Assembly: GCA_002773855.1 (NCBI GenBank)
Contig: PEZY01000005.1
Coordinates: 122,532-186,531, forward strand
Source of the DNA: Candidatus Buchananbacteria bacterium CG10_big_fil_rev_8_21_14_0_10_33_19
GTDB taxonomy: Bacteria > Patescibacteriota > Patescibacteriia > 2-01-FULL-39-33
Direction of reading: 5' to 3'
DNA: 64,000 nucleotides
Shown: positions 32,101-40,431 of the stretch, piece by piece
Layout of the letters: each line of letters starts with the position of its first letter
Position numbering within the stretch: the first letter of the stretch is position 1
Translations under genes and position numbers: made by a program
The notes under the pieces: model-generated
What the model was told of the DNA's origin: nothing
Database searches by the model: none
Seen by the model: the letters and a program-made list of their open reading frames with translations, nothing else

Positions 32101-35100
32101 TGACCTCTTAGTCTAATGTAATAACGACCAATTTCTTGGGTATACACTCTAGCCGATAAAACATATTTTTGACCATTAATTAATGTTAGCGGTGATAAAG
32201 AGTTAGAGTTGGCTCCAATATAGGCACAAAAATTATTAGGCGCAGTAAAATCAGCTCGTAAACCAATAGCCTTGGAGCCATCAATACCGGAATTAACCGC
32301 GAATATTTCACAAGAAGTATGATTACCACCTTCAGCTGACCAATGACTTAAATCACCAAAATAATTTTCGAAACTACCATCATTAATTAAGTTACTACCC
32401 AAACCAGCTTTAACTCTAATAAACTGACTGCAACCACCAGCACTAGCATCACAAGTTTGAACATCACGATCAAAATATATTTCTGAATTTGCCTGATCTT
32501 TAGAGCCTAAATTAAGAGCGACATCACCAGTAGAACACGACTCAGGAGCCTCTCTTAAATCAAAATCGTCAAAGAAAACCGTGCCCACTGTCCCCGTGTT
32601 AGTAATTATTCTAATTTCTATCTTATCACCGGCTTGAATATTTTGAGTATTAAATTCCAGATCATATTTCTGCCAATTTTCATTAGGATTACCTATCGAT
32701 TTGTTACCCAATTCCAAAGTCGAAGATAACACTTTAATATCAAAACTACCTACACTAACAGAGCCCCTTAGATAGAAAGATAATTGATATTTTTTATTAG
32801 CTTCAACCCCCGAATCAAACTCTAAAGTAGTTTGTAGTGGATTAGGATTATTAAAACTCAAAGATTCCAAGGAATAGGAGCCAGTTCTCTTGCTAGTATT
32901 AGATCTAAACTGTCTATTATTGTCGTTCTGGTAACTCTCTACCCAAAAACGAGCATCGTAACTGGCACCACCAGTTAATTCAAAGCCACTATTAAATGGA
33001 GTTAAGATATTAACCGAACCCAAACATTTATCTAGCGAACATTCCACTCCACCATCAGGAATAGTGCAAGACTCACTAGAAAAATCACAACCATTAGCCA
33101 AAGTACAAACTTGCGCCATCACCACACCTTTATTTATTGAAGTAGCTGTTTGATCCCATTGATCAACTACTAAACCAGACACCACACAACCACTAGGATT
33201 GGTACAAGTTTTTAAAATTTGTTCACTATCAGTATTCAACCAAGTGCCATCAACAGTATTATAGAAAGTACTATACCACCGACAACCAGCCGACTGAGCA
33301 TCACAATCTCGATAATCTAAAGTATTAGATAAATAAGATCCGGTACTGCCATTTTGTGATTGAAAAGTTTGGCAAGTATTAAAACGAGGTTCACATTTTG
33401 GCGCATTTAAATTCCAAACCTTTCGCTCTTCAGTACAATAACCATAGGCCGTACAATTACCATTTTCATCCTCGCTAACACATTGTTGCTCATCAGCACA
33501 ATATTGTGTCCTCTTAACAGATCCATCTTGAGAGCTGGCCCGATCATTATGAGCGCCGTAACCTTCACGACGACAAAATAATTCTGGTGCTTTTAACACC
33601 CATTGAGGATCAATTAAATTCTCAAAGACTGAACCGTCATTATTAAAAGATTTAACCAAATCACCCAAGGTGTAAGATTTATGCTCATCATGAGCATTGC
33701 TAATGTACCGAGCGGCAATTTCCCAACCCACTGGCACAATTCTATATTTTCTTAAAATAACAATGTTTCTCAAAGAAAAAGATTCTTGAGGATTAACAGT
33801 TGATAGTGCTGGCACAAATTGTCTGTTTAATATTGATTCTGGCAAATCTTTAATTAAAGTCTTCTCTCTAATTAATTTAGACAAAATAGGATCAATCACA
33901 CAATCAGTTGGGCCGGGATTAATTTTGTTGGCCTCAGTACAAGCTGTTAATTTATTTAAAATATTATAAGGACCACCAACAGTTATTTCACTTTCAATTA
34001 AATTTAAAAACCTGGCTTCAGCCCCAATTGAACCTTCAACATATGGTGAGGATTCTGGATTAAGTAAAGACGCAAATCTAGATAAATCTGGCAGATTAAA
34101 ATTATTACCGTTACTATTACCACTAGTAAAGTAACCATCTTTTAAATTTTGCAACAATTGACCAACCAAACTATTTAAAAATGTTTCCACAAAATCCCAA
34201 ACTGTACCAGTAAAAACTGTGTCCTGCTTACCAGCCCGAGACAATGCTTCACGTTGTTGATCTCTAATCATTGTACCTGGTGTCAAAATCCAGCCAGTTA
34301 AACTCTTTAGATCCTTATAACCATTATTAATAGAAGCCTCCAAAGCTGAAACGCCAGTTTCCTTTTTAACCTTATCCATCAAAGACGAGCTAGTCTTTAA
34401 ATAAATACCAATATCGTTTTCACTGGCTTTTAAATAATTACTATACTCCACCGAAAAACTAGCATCGTTAATCGCTGATCGCCAATTATTGACCATGCCC
34501 GTAAAATTACAACTTGGCTTAGCCGGTTGATAACCCCGCAAACTAGTTTTAATCATTAATTCCACGTTAAAATTTGGTCGACATAAATTAACCCCAAATT
34601 CCTTATCAATTTCATCAATAAAAGTTCCCGCCGCATTGTCAGCGGTATTCTTTAGATAAGCACCAATACCTTCGGTGATAAACAATGGCTTTTGCCCCTT
34701 ACCGCCAGAAGCAATCCAAGATGCAGTATCGTAAGCTAATTGCTTGGAAAACACACTCAACATTGATTTCCAGGCTCCAGCCAAAGTGTCTTTCCAAGTT
34801 TGCTTTTCTATGTCTCTTAAATCATCAGCGGCTATTTGTATTGAGCCAGTTTTTGTTATTAATATATTTTGACAATTGTAAAGAGTAATTGTGCTTTGTA
34901 TCTGTGCCACTATAGCTGGCGCACACGTACCAGTGCCATTGACAAACTCACAGGAGTTACTAGCTAATGCTGCTGTAGCAGCATTAGTACAAGCCTCAGC
35001 CGCAGATATCGCCGCCCCAGAGCCAGCACTAGCTTCAGCTGCAGCGTTAAGCAACAAGGCTGTAGCAGCAGGCCCAGTAGCGTTACTATAATTAATATGA

Positions 35101-35159
35101 CCAAAAAATAAAAATATTGGTACTATTAGAAATAAAATTTTAAATCTAAATTCTTTCAT
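26148..35159 (-). CDS. Giant secreted protein (3003 aa): signal peptide, Cys-rich modules and several CBM4/9-like galactose-binding-like domains (ending ...VFFDDFDLRE, ...VYFDAVKLEE, ...VYIDNILLKE)
   Basis: Uninterrupted 9-kb ORF. Hydrophobic N-terminus followed by an A-rich segment. Repeated ~150-aa units ending in the hydrophobic-F/Y-D-D/N-hydrophobic-x-L-x-E signature typical of CBM_4_9-type beta-sandwiches. Very high Cys/Asn/Ser/Thr/Gly content. Confidence 0.65.
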   Translation of the reverse strand: MKEFRFKILFLIVPIFLFFGHINYSNATGPAATALLLNAAAEASAGSGAAISAAEACTNAATAALASNSCEFVNGTGTCAPAIVAQIQSTITLYNCQNILITKTGSIQIAADDLRDIEKQTWKDTLAGAWKSMLSVFSKQLAYDTASWIASGGKGQKPLFITEGIGAYLKNTADNAAGTFIDEIDKEFGVNLCRPNFNVELMIKTSLRGYQPAKPSCNFTGMVNNWRSAINDASFSVEYSNYLKASENDIGIYLKTSSSLMDKVKKETGVSALEASINNGYKDLKSLTGWILTPGTMIRDQQREALSRAGKQDTVFTGTVWDFVETFLNSLVGQLLQNLKDGYFTSGNSNGNNFNLPDLSRFASLLNPESSPYVEGSIGAEARFLNLIESEITVGGPYNILNKLTACTEANKINPGPTDCVIDPILSKLIREKTLIKDLPESILNRQFVPALSTVNPQESFSLRNIVILRKYRIVPVGWEIAARYISNAHDEHKSYTLGDLVKSFNNDGSVFENLIDPQWVLKAPELFCRREGYGAHNDRASSQDGSVKRTQYCADEQQCVSEDENGNCTAYGYCTEERKVWNLNAPKCEPRFNTCQTFQSQNGSTGSYLSNTLDYRDCDAQSAGCRWYSTFYNTVDGTWLNTDSEQILKTCTNPSGCVVSGLVVDQWDQTATSINKGVVMAQVCTLANGCDFSSESCTIPDGGVECSLDKCLGSVNILTPFNSGFELTGGASYDARFWVESYQNDNNRQFRSNTSKRTGSYSLESLSFNNPNPLQTTLEFDSGVEANKKYQLSFYLRGSVSVGSFDIKVLSSTLELGNKSIGNPNENWQKYDLEFNTQNIQAGDKIEIRIITNTGTVGTVFFDDFDLREAPESCSTGDVALNLGSKDQANSEIYFDRDVQTCDASAGGCSQFIRVKAGLGSNLINDGSFENYFGDLSHWSAEGGNHTSCEIFAVNSGIDGSKAIGLRADFTAPNNFCAYIGANSNSLSPLTLINGQKYVLSARVYTQEIGRYYIRLRGQTINTTPEYFKEADLYKWTTISTSFVWNKADEIVIPKLTIEQGGGTGKKEVYFDAVKLEEVLPEVVLPSAYTSYDPSQRPDYQLAYLKKAPAYYNCYDSDLVTPGIQWPTGLTSLQQVIINRNPACSSYSSVCIKDEMNCELYTPTNGDPAVPGTITSADVCPAECVGYQVYKQEPTSFVSSKYKQFINNDPIQACSAAAVGCDEFTNLDEIDRGGEALEYYTQLRTCQKPDAYDDEATYYTWEGSDTTGYQLRVFELKESNNSSAPCTNISYPNNLAGENVCSDPAPSSDPDVNYAACLASDLNSNPDCREFYDIDGTIHYRLLSRVIYVDNSCHPYRRTQTQNDDSEAAQDCRNNQGYWNSFNECIYMAIPNQGGTCSANLKGCREYTGNQGNSFKNIFLSDFESGISSWQGGTVVGEATHPGGNSISNAINDSKQFTKTVLVQRGKNYSISFWAKADENISLSSVRFSEAPAESSFMIGHPDVITTADIPVPLTINWNRYELGPVTIDWGNNTGNFEQNIEINIPSGKTVYIDNILLKELPQSVYAIENSWFTPFTCDNNLNDPYGTGDALNPIRSNPGKMIGCQEYRDRSGQNWFLKSFENLCRSDAVGCEQLIDTYNSNSYFGDTFNDGDKSEVTVPNDNYVYMVNDPKFACGSDSKGCSALGLPTINNQDEVIGYNTVYLKNQPDRYATDLCQANALWCEEFVGSRSVSYFKNPRDKLCEYRTDAGQIQAKWYKKGTNQPCDVTYLQTIGTGSSDQKLQPVGWFNSYGLPSQNEWPNENPGPAITYQNWVGSCPTDQNSCTEYIDPSTEVYKNEILNADTSQDVDEDTVPDHWNDGGTNWYQTISLSAHTLYSLAVDESLTNKSYITIDPSCNGIIVSPDLSLNVGGASVVASPKSATGRFYIVDNSGLPCSVNVNLPTKDVVDAKLSLVQAGVYYALSNKVDYTSCNGLVDYNSGCVLFNDRGSINPSSDNVKVRNADYLSFDADASYRKQLADNDQKPIPPEFVTAPDTGDSNVILKVQPDRACYNWLYCTTYEKDDPDNVDPIYGNNDRCLNLGLCASVDENGVCTNFILKSNLVTNEEYTLKDVNKTGYTSVGYKFLDNQKVTGYYPYYEMFQHGDSADVTNGSFESVVGSSAEPIGWSPVSPGLDTATYKSETSGWQDYEFVVAKDVIGSPDGSRYLIVNSFYEALSEEIDVFSDSTYILSGWINSAGLNYSDKSKIIKSQIQYRQHNKNGGWGNWEIKSELSLDSGLPWTKKIYEFTSLPNTDKIQIKLKNYINLSNLSNPASACANANNKSSCNVCDDNNKLTPCELGGVALFDDISLKPVLEVSDSTVPTEKYVSRTCRIYPAEDSLSCRYLEGNNLFYGNYGYCLLVDPANSKQCLQWWPVDQLEGEVLNEVGGYNDRVPLDYCVDKKSFNVSFSEFGYALTLSSDAKEVVAGFVDTNTGTQMNFSSFKIKDDFRPLFRYPYVKEIKTRVSGIGYTKDNTIYAMIPVNLTFKYDTTKKEWGSWGAIPVCGKLIDAGDFGVAVCFAVELNWDDATKNYGEVIAGLTATYNSKFSNGTLAFGPLMGLKIIDDSQSDSITGSGVSDPIPDLPGDILGAAWFVRSTAEADVIGITMNVSGNFDVGYCDNLVRVVNTSGENKAYANRVAKGSGYINIDRNAKPDAPLSEWIDGVDLIDGSYYYYDPFDYNKFLDAATQNKEYQSSDYQPFGALVSPPGSSNPSNWSSREGIYNTPLLYEPPRLGGFQAPYQARMGELHTQKGLEQLFAQSYGEWWWRWNVCGDTAAQTPTSPCQTPDTERGGSYIEREDLTTSYLTVPLNICNEATRDASSNQPCHINPLVKEIKINNVNSTEPVTPVINRGVGLAKLAFSTQIDPDQLPITAYTIKWGDGEHSKVSGVSLRNRTNIENPFLLYHLFDFWKVKSVTPTTCNAGATNIPCCTKDSCKIKVDIKVYDNWNYYNTSEDSIRLDVNKN

Positions 35160-35164
35160 ATAAA

Positions 35165-36052
35165 TTAATTGCCGGGGGAGTTTAATTTAGTTAAAAACAT
35201 ACTTCTTAATTGCTCATCACTCACTTGTGCCAATGTATCAGCTGGCGCCCCTTGGTCGATCATTAATTGTCTAATCTGAGCGCCAGTTAAATTTTGCAGT
35301 TCAGACAAAGACAATGATCCCAAATTACCAGTGCCAACTGCACCAGTACCACTATCAGTAGTTGGATTTTGACCAGCTATCGCCTGCTGATAAGTAGACA
35401 GCAACTGCTCATCGGTAATACTATCTAATTGCGTTTTAGGAAAACCATTTTTTAGTAGTAATTCTCTTAAGACTGTCGGATCAGATTGGGCATTTAAAAG
35501 TGTAGTTTGATCAGCCTGACTTAAATCCTGAGACAAACCAGTCTCAACCCTAAAACAAGTATCACTACCAGGACAATTAGGATCATGGCCACCGTCAATT
35601 TCTTCCTTATCAGAAATACCATCACTGTCACTATCAGCTAAATACGGACTAGTGCTATAAACATTAAGTTCGTCATAATCAGACAAGCCATCACCATCTG
35701 TGTCTTTTTGTTGCTGGGCTAAAACAGTGGAAACTTCGTTAGATATACTATCACCATTGGCAGTCAATGCCATTAAATCGTTTAAAGGCTTTTTAGCAGA
35801 GGTAGAAAATTGAGTAACACCTAAAATAATGGCAAAAAAAGCAGTAATTAAAACAAAAGCCACAGTGACTTTTTCTTTGGTTGATCTGGTATCAGCAGAA
35901 GTATTGTTATTTACATCTAGAAATTCGTATTCATTTTCTGATTGTAAATACTCTGTTGATTGTTCTCTATTAAACTGATTTTCACCTTCCATCAAGTGTG
36001 GATAAACAGTTAAGTACAAATTAATTATAACACAAAAAGCTACTTTGAACAA
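35165..36052 (-). CDS. Membrane-anchored protein with thrombospondin-type-3-like Ca-binding repeats (DTDGDGLSDYDE, DSDSDGISDKEE). The true start may be the internal MEGENQ.
   Basis: One TM helix. Two DxDxDGxxDxxE repeats. First gene of the long minus-strand operon. Confidence 0.45.
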   Translation of the reverse strand: MFKVAFCVIINLYLTVYPHLMEGENQFNREQSTEYLQSENEYEFLDVNNNTSADTRSTKEKVTVAFVLITAFFAIILGVTQFSTSAKKPLNDLMALTANGDSISNEVSTVLAQQQKDTDGDGLSDYDELNVYSTSPYLADSDSDGISDKEEIDGGHDPNCPGSDTCFRVETGLSQDLSQADQTTLLNAQSDPTVLRELLLKNGFPKTQLDSITDEQLLSTYQQAIAGQNPTTDSGTGAVGTGNLGSLSLSELQNLTGAQIRQLMIDQGAPADTLAQVSDEQLRSMFLTKLNSPGN

Positions 36053-36077
36053 AATATTTAATGGAGCAAAAAATATT

Positions 36078-36896
36078 TTATAAGTCCAATTTTTTGATTA
36101 ACTTAATCCAGTCATTAATACTCAAATCTTGAGCTCTGATTTTTTCATTCAAACCAATATCACTCAATATTGATTTGACCAATCCACTAGCTATGTGAAG
36201 TCCGTTGGCTAGATTATTATGTAATTGTTTTCTTTTGGCTGAGAAGCCAATTTTAGCCACCTTAAAAAATAATTTTGGATTATCAAAGGCTGGTTTTGGT
36301 TTTAATTTTAAATTAATTACCGCTGAATCAACTTTCGGCGCTGGCCAAAATGAATTATGGCTAACTGGAAATAAAATTTTAGGCTCAGCATAGAATTGTA
36401 CTGCTAGTGACAATAAACTCATATCACCCACTTGAGCAATTATCCTTTGAGCTACTTCTTTTTGAATCATTATTGTCATATCAACTGGTGGATTATCTGC
36501 TTCTAAAAAAGTTCTAATAAAATTAGAGGTGATATTATATGGCAGGTTAGCTACTATCTTATAAGCGCCCTGTAAGCCAAGCGAATCAACATCTAATTTT
36601 AAAATATCACCTTCGATAATCCTCAAATTATCAACCGATTGATATTTTTTATGCAAAAAACTAATGATTTTTTTATCTAGTTCCACCGCTACTACCTGAT
36701 CAGCCTCTTTTATTAAATAATCAGTCAATACTCCCAAGCCTGGTCCAATCTCTAAAACAGTATCTTTTTTATTTAAATTAGCTGATTTTACAATACTCTC
36801 TATAATATTTTCATCAAATAAAAAATTTTGTCCCTTACTTTTGGTGGGGACAATATTATATAACTGACAAACATCTTTTATTTCGTTTAAATTCAT
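36078..36896 (-). CDS. ksgA: 16S rRNA (adenine1518/1519-N6)-dimethyltransferase KsgA/RsmA
   Basis: SAM-binding motif VLEIGPGLGVLT and catalytic VANLPYNITS, 272 aa. Confidence 0.85.
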   Translation of the reverse strand: MNLNEIKDVCQLYNIVPTKSKGQNFLFDENIIESIVKSANLNKKDTVLEIGPGLGVLTDYLIKEADQVVAVELDKKIISFLHKKYQSVDNLRIIEGDILKLDVDSLGLQGAYKIVANLPYNITSNFIRTFLEADNPPVDMTIMIQKEVAQRIIAQVGDMSLLSLAVQFYAEPKILFPVSHNSFWPAPKVDSAVINLKLKPKPAFDNPKLFFKVAKIGFSAKRKQLHNNLANGLHIASGLVKSILSDIGLNEKIRAQDLSINDWIKLIKKLDL

Positions 36897-36900
36897 ATTG

Positions 36901-38082
36901 TTAAAAAAATAAATATAATAAGGTCATTAGAGCGGACAATATAAACACACTGTTCCAACCTGGCGTAAAAAATTGTAACAATATTATAGTCGCAATAATA
37001 GTAATAATTTTACCCAAGACTAAAGACATCTCAAAAAACAAAATAGTTTTCATAACGGATGTGTTATGAGCCCTCTTGTAGGTCATAGCAGTAACAGGGA
37101 TGGAAATGGCTTGCTTAGAAACTCTAGAATAAGCATCTACCAAAAACACTCCCAAAACACTTCTAGTTACCAATCTCAGCAACCAACTAAAAAAATATAA
37201 AATAACTCCAAATTTCAACAGCCAACGGCCATCATTTTTATCGGCCATTTTACCAATATACAAAAATATAATCGTCGTGACAAAAATAGAAACCGATGTT
37301 ATCACACCCAAACCCAAAAAATCTTTTAGTGCTACATAAATAAATATTGGCCAAATAGTTAAAGCGATTAATTCTTCGCCAAAACCAACCAAAGCTAATA
37401 ATTTTTTTAAATTTTCACGCTTAAATAGTCGAGTAAAGGCTCCAAAATAAGAAAAATCAGCTGGTTCAAATTTCTCTTTGGTAATTAACATAGGAATATT
37501 GGATAAAATCATCAAAATAGAAGCTACAATAAACAAAATATTAAAATTAGAAAACTTTAAAATAAACCCACCAATAAGCGGTCCAACTATATAAACCATT
37601 GATTCCAGAACTATTAAATTACTAATTTGCCGACCATGTTCGCCATCCACAGAAAATAGGGCAAAATCACTATGATAAGCTGGCCAATAAAACATTTTCC
37701 ACAGGGCATAAAAAATTATCGCCAAAAAAATAAAATAAATATTATAAGACGAGATAAACAAACTGAAATAAAACAAAGCTGTAAAAACCGTGCTAACAGC
37801 AATGGAATGTTCAAAGCCAAATCGCCTAGAAAACTTGGCCCCCAGTGGTAATAATAAAAAATACAAAACATAGACACCTAAATAAAAAAACATTACCAGT
37901 TGCAAAGTTTTACTCAAACCATATTTATCAATAAAAAGTAGATAAATAAAAACTGGCTCAAATATCGTGACCATAGAAATAGCAAAATTCAAAATCAAAG
38001 TTGAAGAATAAAGCTCTTTAACCTGCATGGTCAGTCGACGAGCAAAAAAAGAGGTTAATACATTTTTAAAGCCGTTTTTCAT
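36901..38082 (-). CDS. MFS-like polytopic transporter
   Basis: 393 aa with about 12 hydrophobic helices. Paralogue of the next gene. Confidence 0.5.
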   Translation of the reverse strand: MKNGFKNVLTSFFARRLTMQVKELYSSTLILNFAISMVTIFEPVFIYLLFIDKYGLSKTLQLVMFFYLGVYVLYFLLLPLGAKFSRRFGFEHSIAVSTVFTALFYFSLFISSYNIYFIFLAIIFYALWKMFYWPAYHSDFALFSVDGEHGRQISNLIVLESMVYIVGPLIGGFILKFSNFNILFIVASILMILSNIPMLITKEKFEPADFSYFGAFTRLFKRENLKKLLALVGFGEELIALTIWPIFIYVALKDFLGLGVITSVSIFVTTIIFLYIGKMADKNDGRWLLKFGVILYFFSWLLRLVTRSVLGVFLVDAYSRVSKQAISIPVTAMTYKRAHNTSVMKTILFFEMSLVLGKIITIIATIILLQFFTPGWNSVFILSALMTLLYLFF

Positions 38083-39247
38083 TGATTAAATTAATAAATA
38101 AAGAAGCAAATGCTGCCAAAACAAATGTCCACTGTAGACCGACAAAATTAACAACTACAATTAAAACAGCTGCACCAACTGCTCGACCAGTATTAAGAGA
38201 CATCTCTCTTAAAACTGTTAATTCGTCCACATAATGACCAGCATCTGAAGCTTTTTCATAAGTAATAGCGCTAAATGGCGTTTGCATGATTATAGCCGCA
38301 AAATTATGATAGGTTGATACCACAAATATCTGAAACCCAGTAGCTACAAAGGTTTTAAATATCCAACCCAAAGCATACAAACCAGATCCCCATTTGAGTA
38401 ATTTATATTTATCTAATTTATCAGTATATGAACCCATAATTAATTTAATGGTAATTGTTGATAGGATAATTACCGAAGAAATAACACCAACTTTTAAAAA
38501 ATCTCCACTTAGTAACTGAAAAATAAATATTGGCCAAATAATACCACCGATCATATTCTCTATGCCAGTCGAAAAAAATGACCAAAGTATGCCACGGTGT
38601 TTTTTGGAAAAAAATTGACGCCAAGTTTCTAAGAAACTGAAAGAAAATTTTTCATAAGTTGGGCGAACAATAAACAACGGCACAACTGATACAGCTACTA
38701 AAATCATTACGATCAGAAATAAGACATCAAAATCATAATTATAGATTATCCAACCAGAAATGATCGGCACAAAAATAGACACTAAACTGGAAATTGATGA
38801 TAAAAAGCCAATCACCCGTCCTCGATCCTTTTTATTAGTAAACTGAGCAAAATCGGTATGATATGGCACCCAAAACATCATCATCTGAATCTCAATTACC
38901 ACAATCATTAAGACACTAAAAATTAAAACTGGGTAACCTAAGGATAAATAATATAAACAAAGATAGAATAAAACTTTAAATGGTACCGAGATTATCATTG
39001 AAGTTTTTTGACCAAGTTTGGACATCAACATCGCTCCAAAAATAACTGCTACCGAATAAATACCATAAACCACAAAAAAATAAAACAATACCAAATCCAA
39101 TCGACCAAATTTTTCCCACAAAAAAATCGGCATAAACAGGCCGACTAGACCACCGCCAATTTCATCAATAATGATATTAAAATAAAGGGCAGTTACCCCA
39201 GAAGAAAGACGAGTATTTAAGTATAAACTTTTAAAAATTTTTAGCAT
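38066..39247 (-). CDS. MFS-like polytopic transporter (tandem paralogue, 17-nt overlap with the downstream gene)
   Basis: 393 aa with about 12 hydrophobic helices. Confidence 0.5.
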   Translation of the reverse strand: MLKIFKSLYLNTRLSSGVTALYFNIIIDEIGGGLVGLFMPIFLWEKFGRLDLVLFYFFVVYGIYSVAVIFGAMLMSKLGQKTSMIISVPFKVLFYLCLYYLSLGYPVLIFSVLMIVVIEIQMMMFWVPYHTDFAQFTNKKDRGRVIGFLSSISSLVSIFVPIISGWIIYNYDFDVLFLIVMILVAVSVVPLFIVRPTYEKFSFSFLETWRQFFSKKHRGILWSFFSTGIENMIGGIIWPIFIFQLLSGDFLKVGVISSVIILSTITIKLIMGSYTDKLDKYKLLKWGSGLYALGWIFKTFVATGFQIFVVSTYHNFAAIIMQTPFSAITYEKASDAGHYVDELTVLREMSLNTGRAVGAAVLIVVVNFVGLQWTFVLAAFASLFINLINEKRL

Positions 39248-39262
39248 GAGTGAAAATTATGT

Positions 39263-40300
39263 TTAACTCTTCTTTGTCTTGAAGAAATTATATATATTAT
39301 ACCACAAACTACTATAAACTTCATCCCAAGCGCCGATATAATTAGTTAATTCTCTGGTCTCATCAAAACCAATTTTAAATCTAGTGACTCCTGGCCATTT
39401 TTCAGCATCGACCCCCCAAAAATCATAATATTTACAGCCAGCTTCTTTAGCAGTAATAATAGTTTGCCATTGCAAAAGATATGGCGCCATTTTACTTCTA
39501 TACTCATAATCAGAAGATCCGTACAAATAGACCTGCCAATCACCAATTTTTATAACAATATTAGCTGTAATCACCTTATTTTCAAATTTAGCCACTACTA
39601 ATTCAGCTTTTTTTGATTCACCTAAAACCTCTAACAATTTTTTATAATAATTCTTTGAGTATGATGTTATTTCATTACGATCTGAAGTTTTTTCCATTAA
39701 CCGCCAAAAATCATTAAAATATTTTTTGCCATGATCAATTTGGACGCCATTTTTTTCAGCCACTTTAATATTATAACGAGTCTTGGACTTCATATTTTTT
39801 AAAATATCGCCTTCCGATTTAGTTAAATCTAATATTAAAGTTGATTTGGGCTGAACTTGACCACTAAAAATAAAACCGGAATCTTTTAAAATATTTTTTA
39901 AATCATCATTATCGCGCCAAGCCGGATCCATACGTAAAAAAATAGCTTTTTCTTGTTGAGCAATTTGCTTAATTTCATTAAACAAAAATTCTAACGTCTC
40001 AATTTGCTGATCAGCCATTAATTCATTATTAACTACAATCGGCCCTCGCGGTAGATAAAAATAACTTTTACCAAACTTTAGGGGTTGTTTGATTACCAAA
40101 GCTAGAGCCATGATTTTACTATTATCTTCTAAAACCACCCTAAATATGTGTCGCCCCAAAACCTCCTGAAATATGCCCCACTCCCACGATTGAAGCAACC
40201 CAAAATCAGCGGAGTTATTTATAATAAAATCATCCCACTTAGTCCTATATGAATTGTCACAAATTTTTACTTGCATAGTTGGTTTAATTATAACAGACAT
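39263..40300 (-). CDS. FemAB-family peptidoglycan interpeptide-bridge peptidyltransferase-like protein
   Basis: 345 aa. Tandem GNAT-like halves; C-terminal YLLQWQTIITAKEAGCKYYDFWGV is characteristic of FemX/FemAB aminoacyl-tRNA-dependent transferases. Confidence 0.6.
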   Translation of the reverse strand: MSVIIKPTMQVKICDNSYRTKWDDFIINNSADFGLLQSWEWGIFQEVLGRHIFRVVLEDNSKIMALALVIKQPLKFGKSYFYLPRGPIVVNNELMADQQIETLEFLFNEIKQIAQQEKAIFLRMDPAWRDNDDLKNILKDSGFIFSGQVQPKSTLILDLTKSEGDILKNMKSKTRYNIKVAEKNGVQIDHGKKYFNDFWRLMEKTSDRNEITSYSKNYYKKLLEVLGESKKAELVVAKFENKVITANIVIKIGDWQVYLYGSSDYEYRSKMAPYLLQWQTIITAKEAGCKYYDFWGVDAEKWPGVTRFKIGFDETRELTNYIGAWDEVYSSLWYNIYNFFKTKKS

Positions 40301-40431
40301 AGAGATAAATATAAATGGATTATTTATTTTATAGTTTCACCAATTAATTGACAAAATAGCCTATCTAGCCTATTATTATCAGTAATAATGTACATTTTAA
40401 GACTAAATCTCCAGACCATAAGGAAAAACAC

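Noticed and set aside
18725-36393. Short ORFs 18725..18916, 20582..20779, 22621..22824, 23746..23940, 24040..24222, 26699..26905, 30255..30485, 31581..31769, 34685..34888, 34891..35091, 36205..36393
   Set aside because: All nested inside long, tightly packed minus-strand operon genes. Considered spurious.
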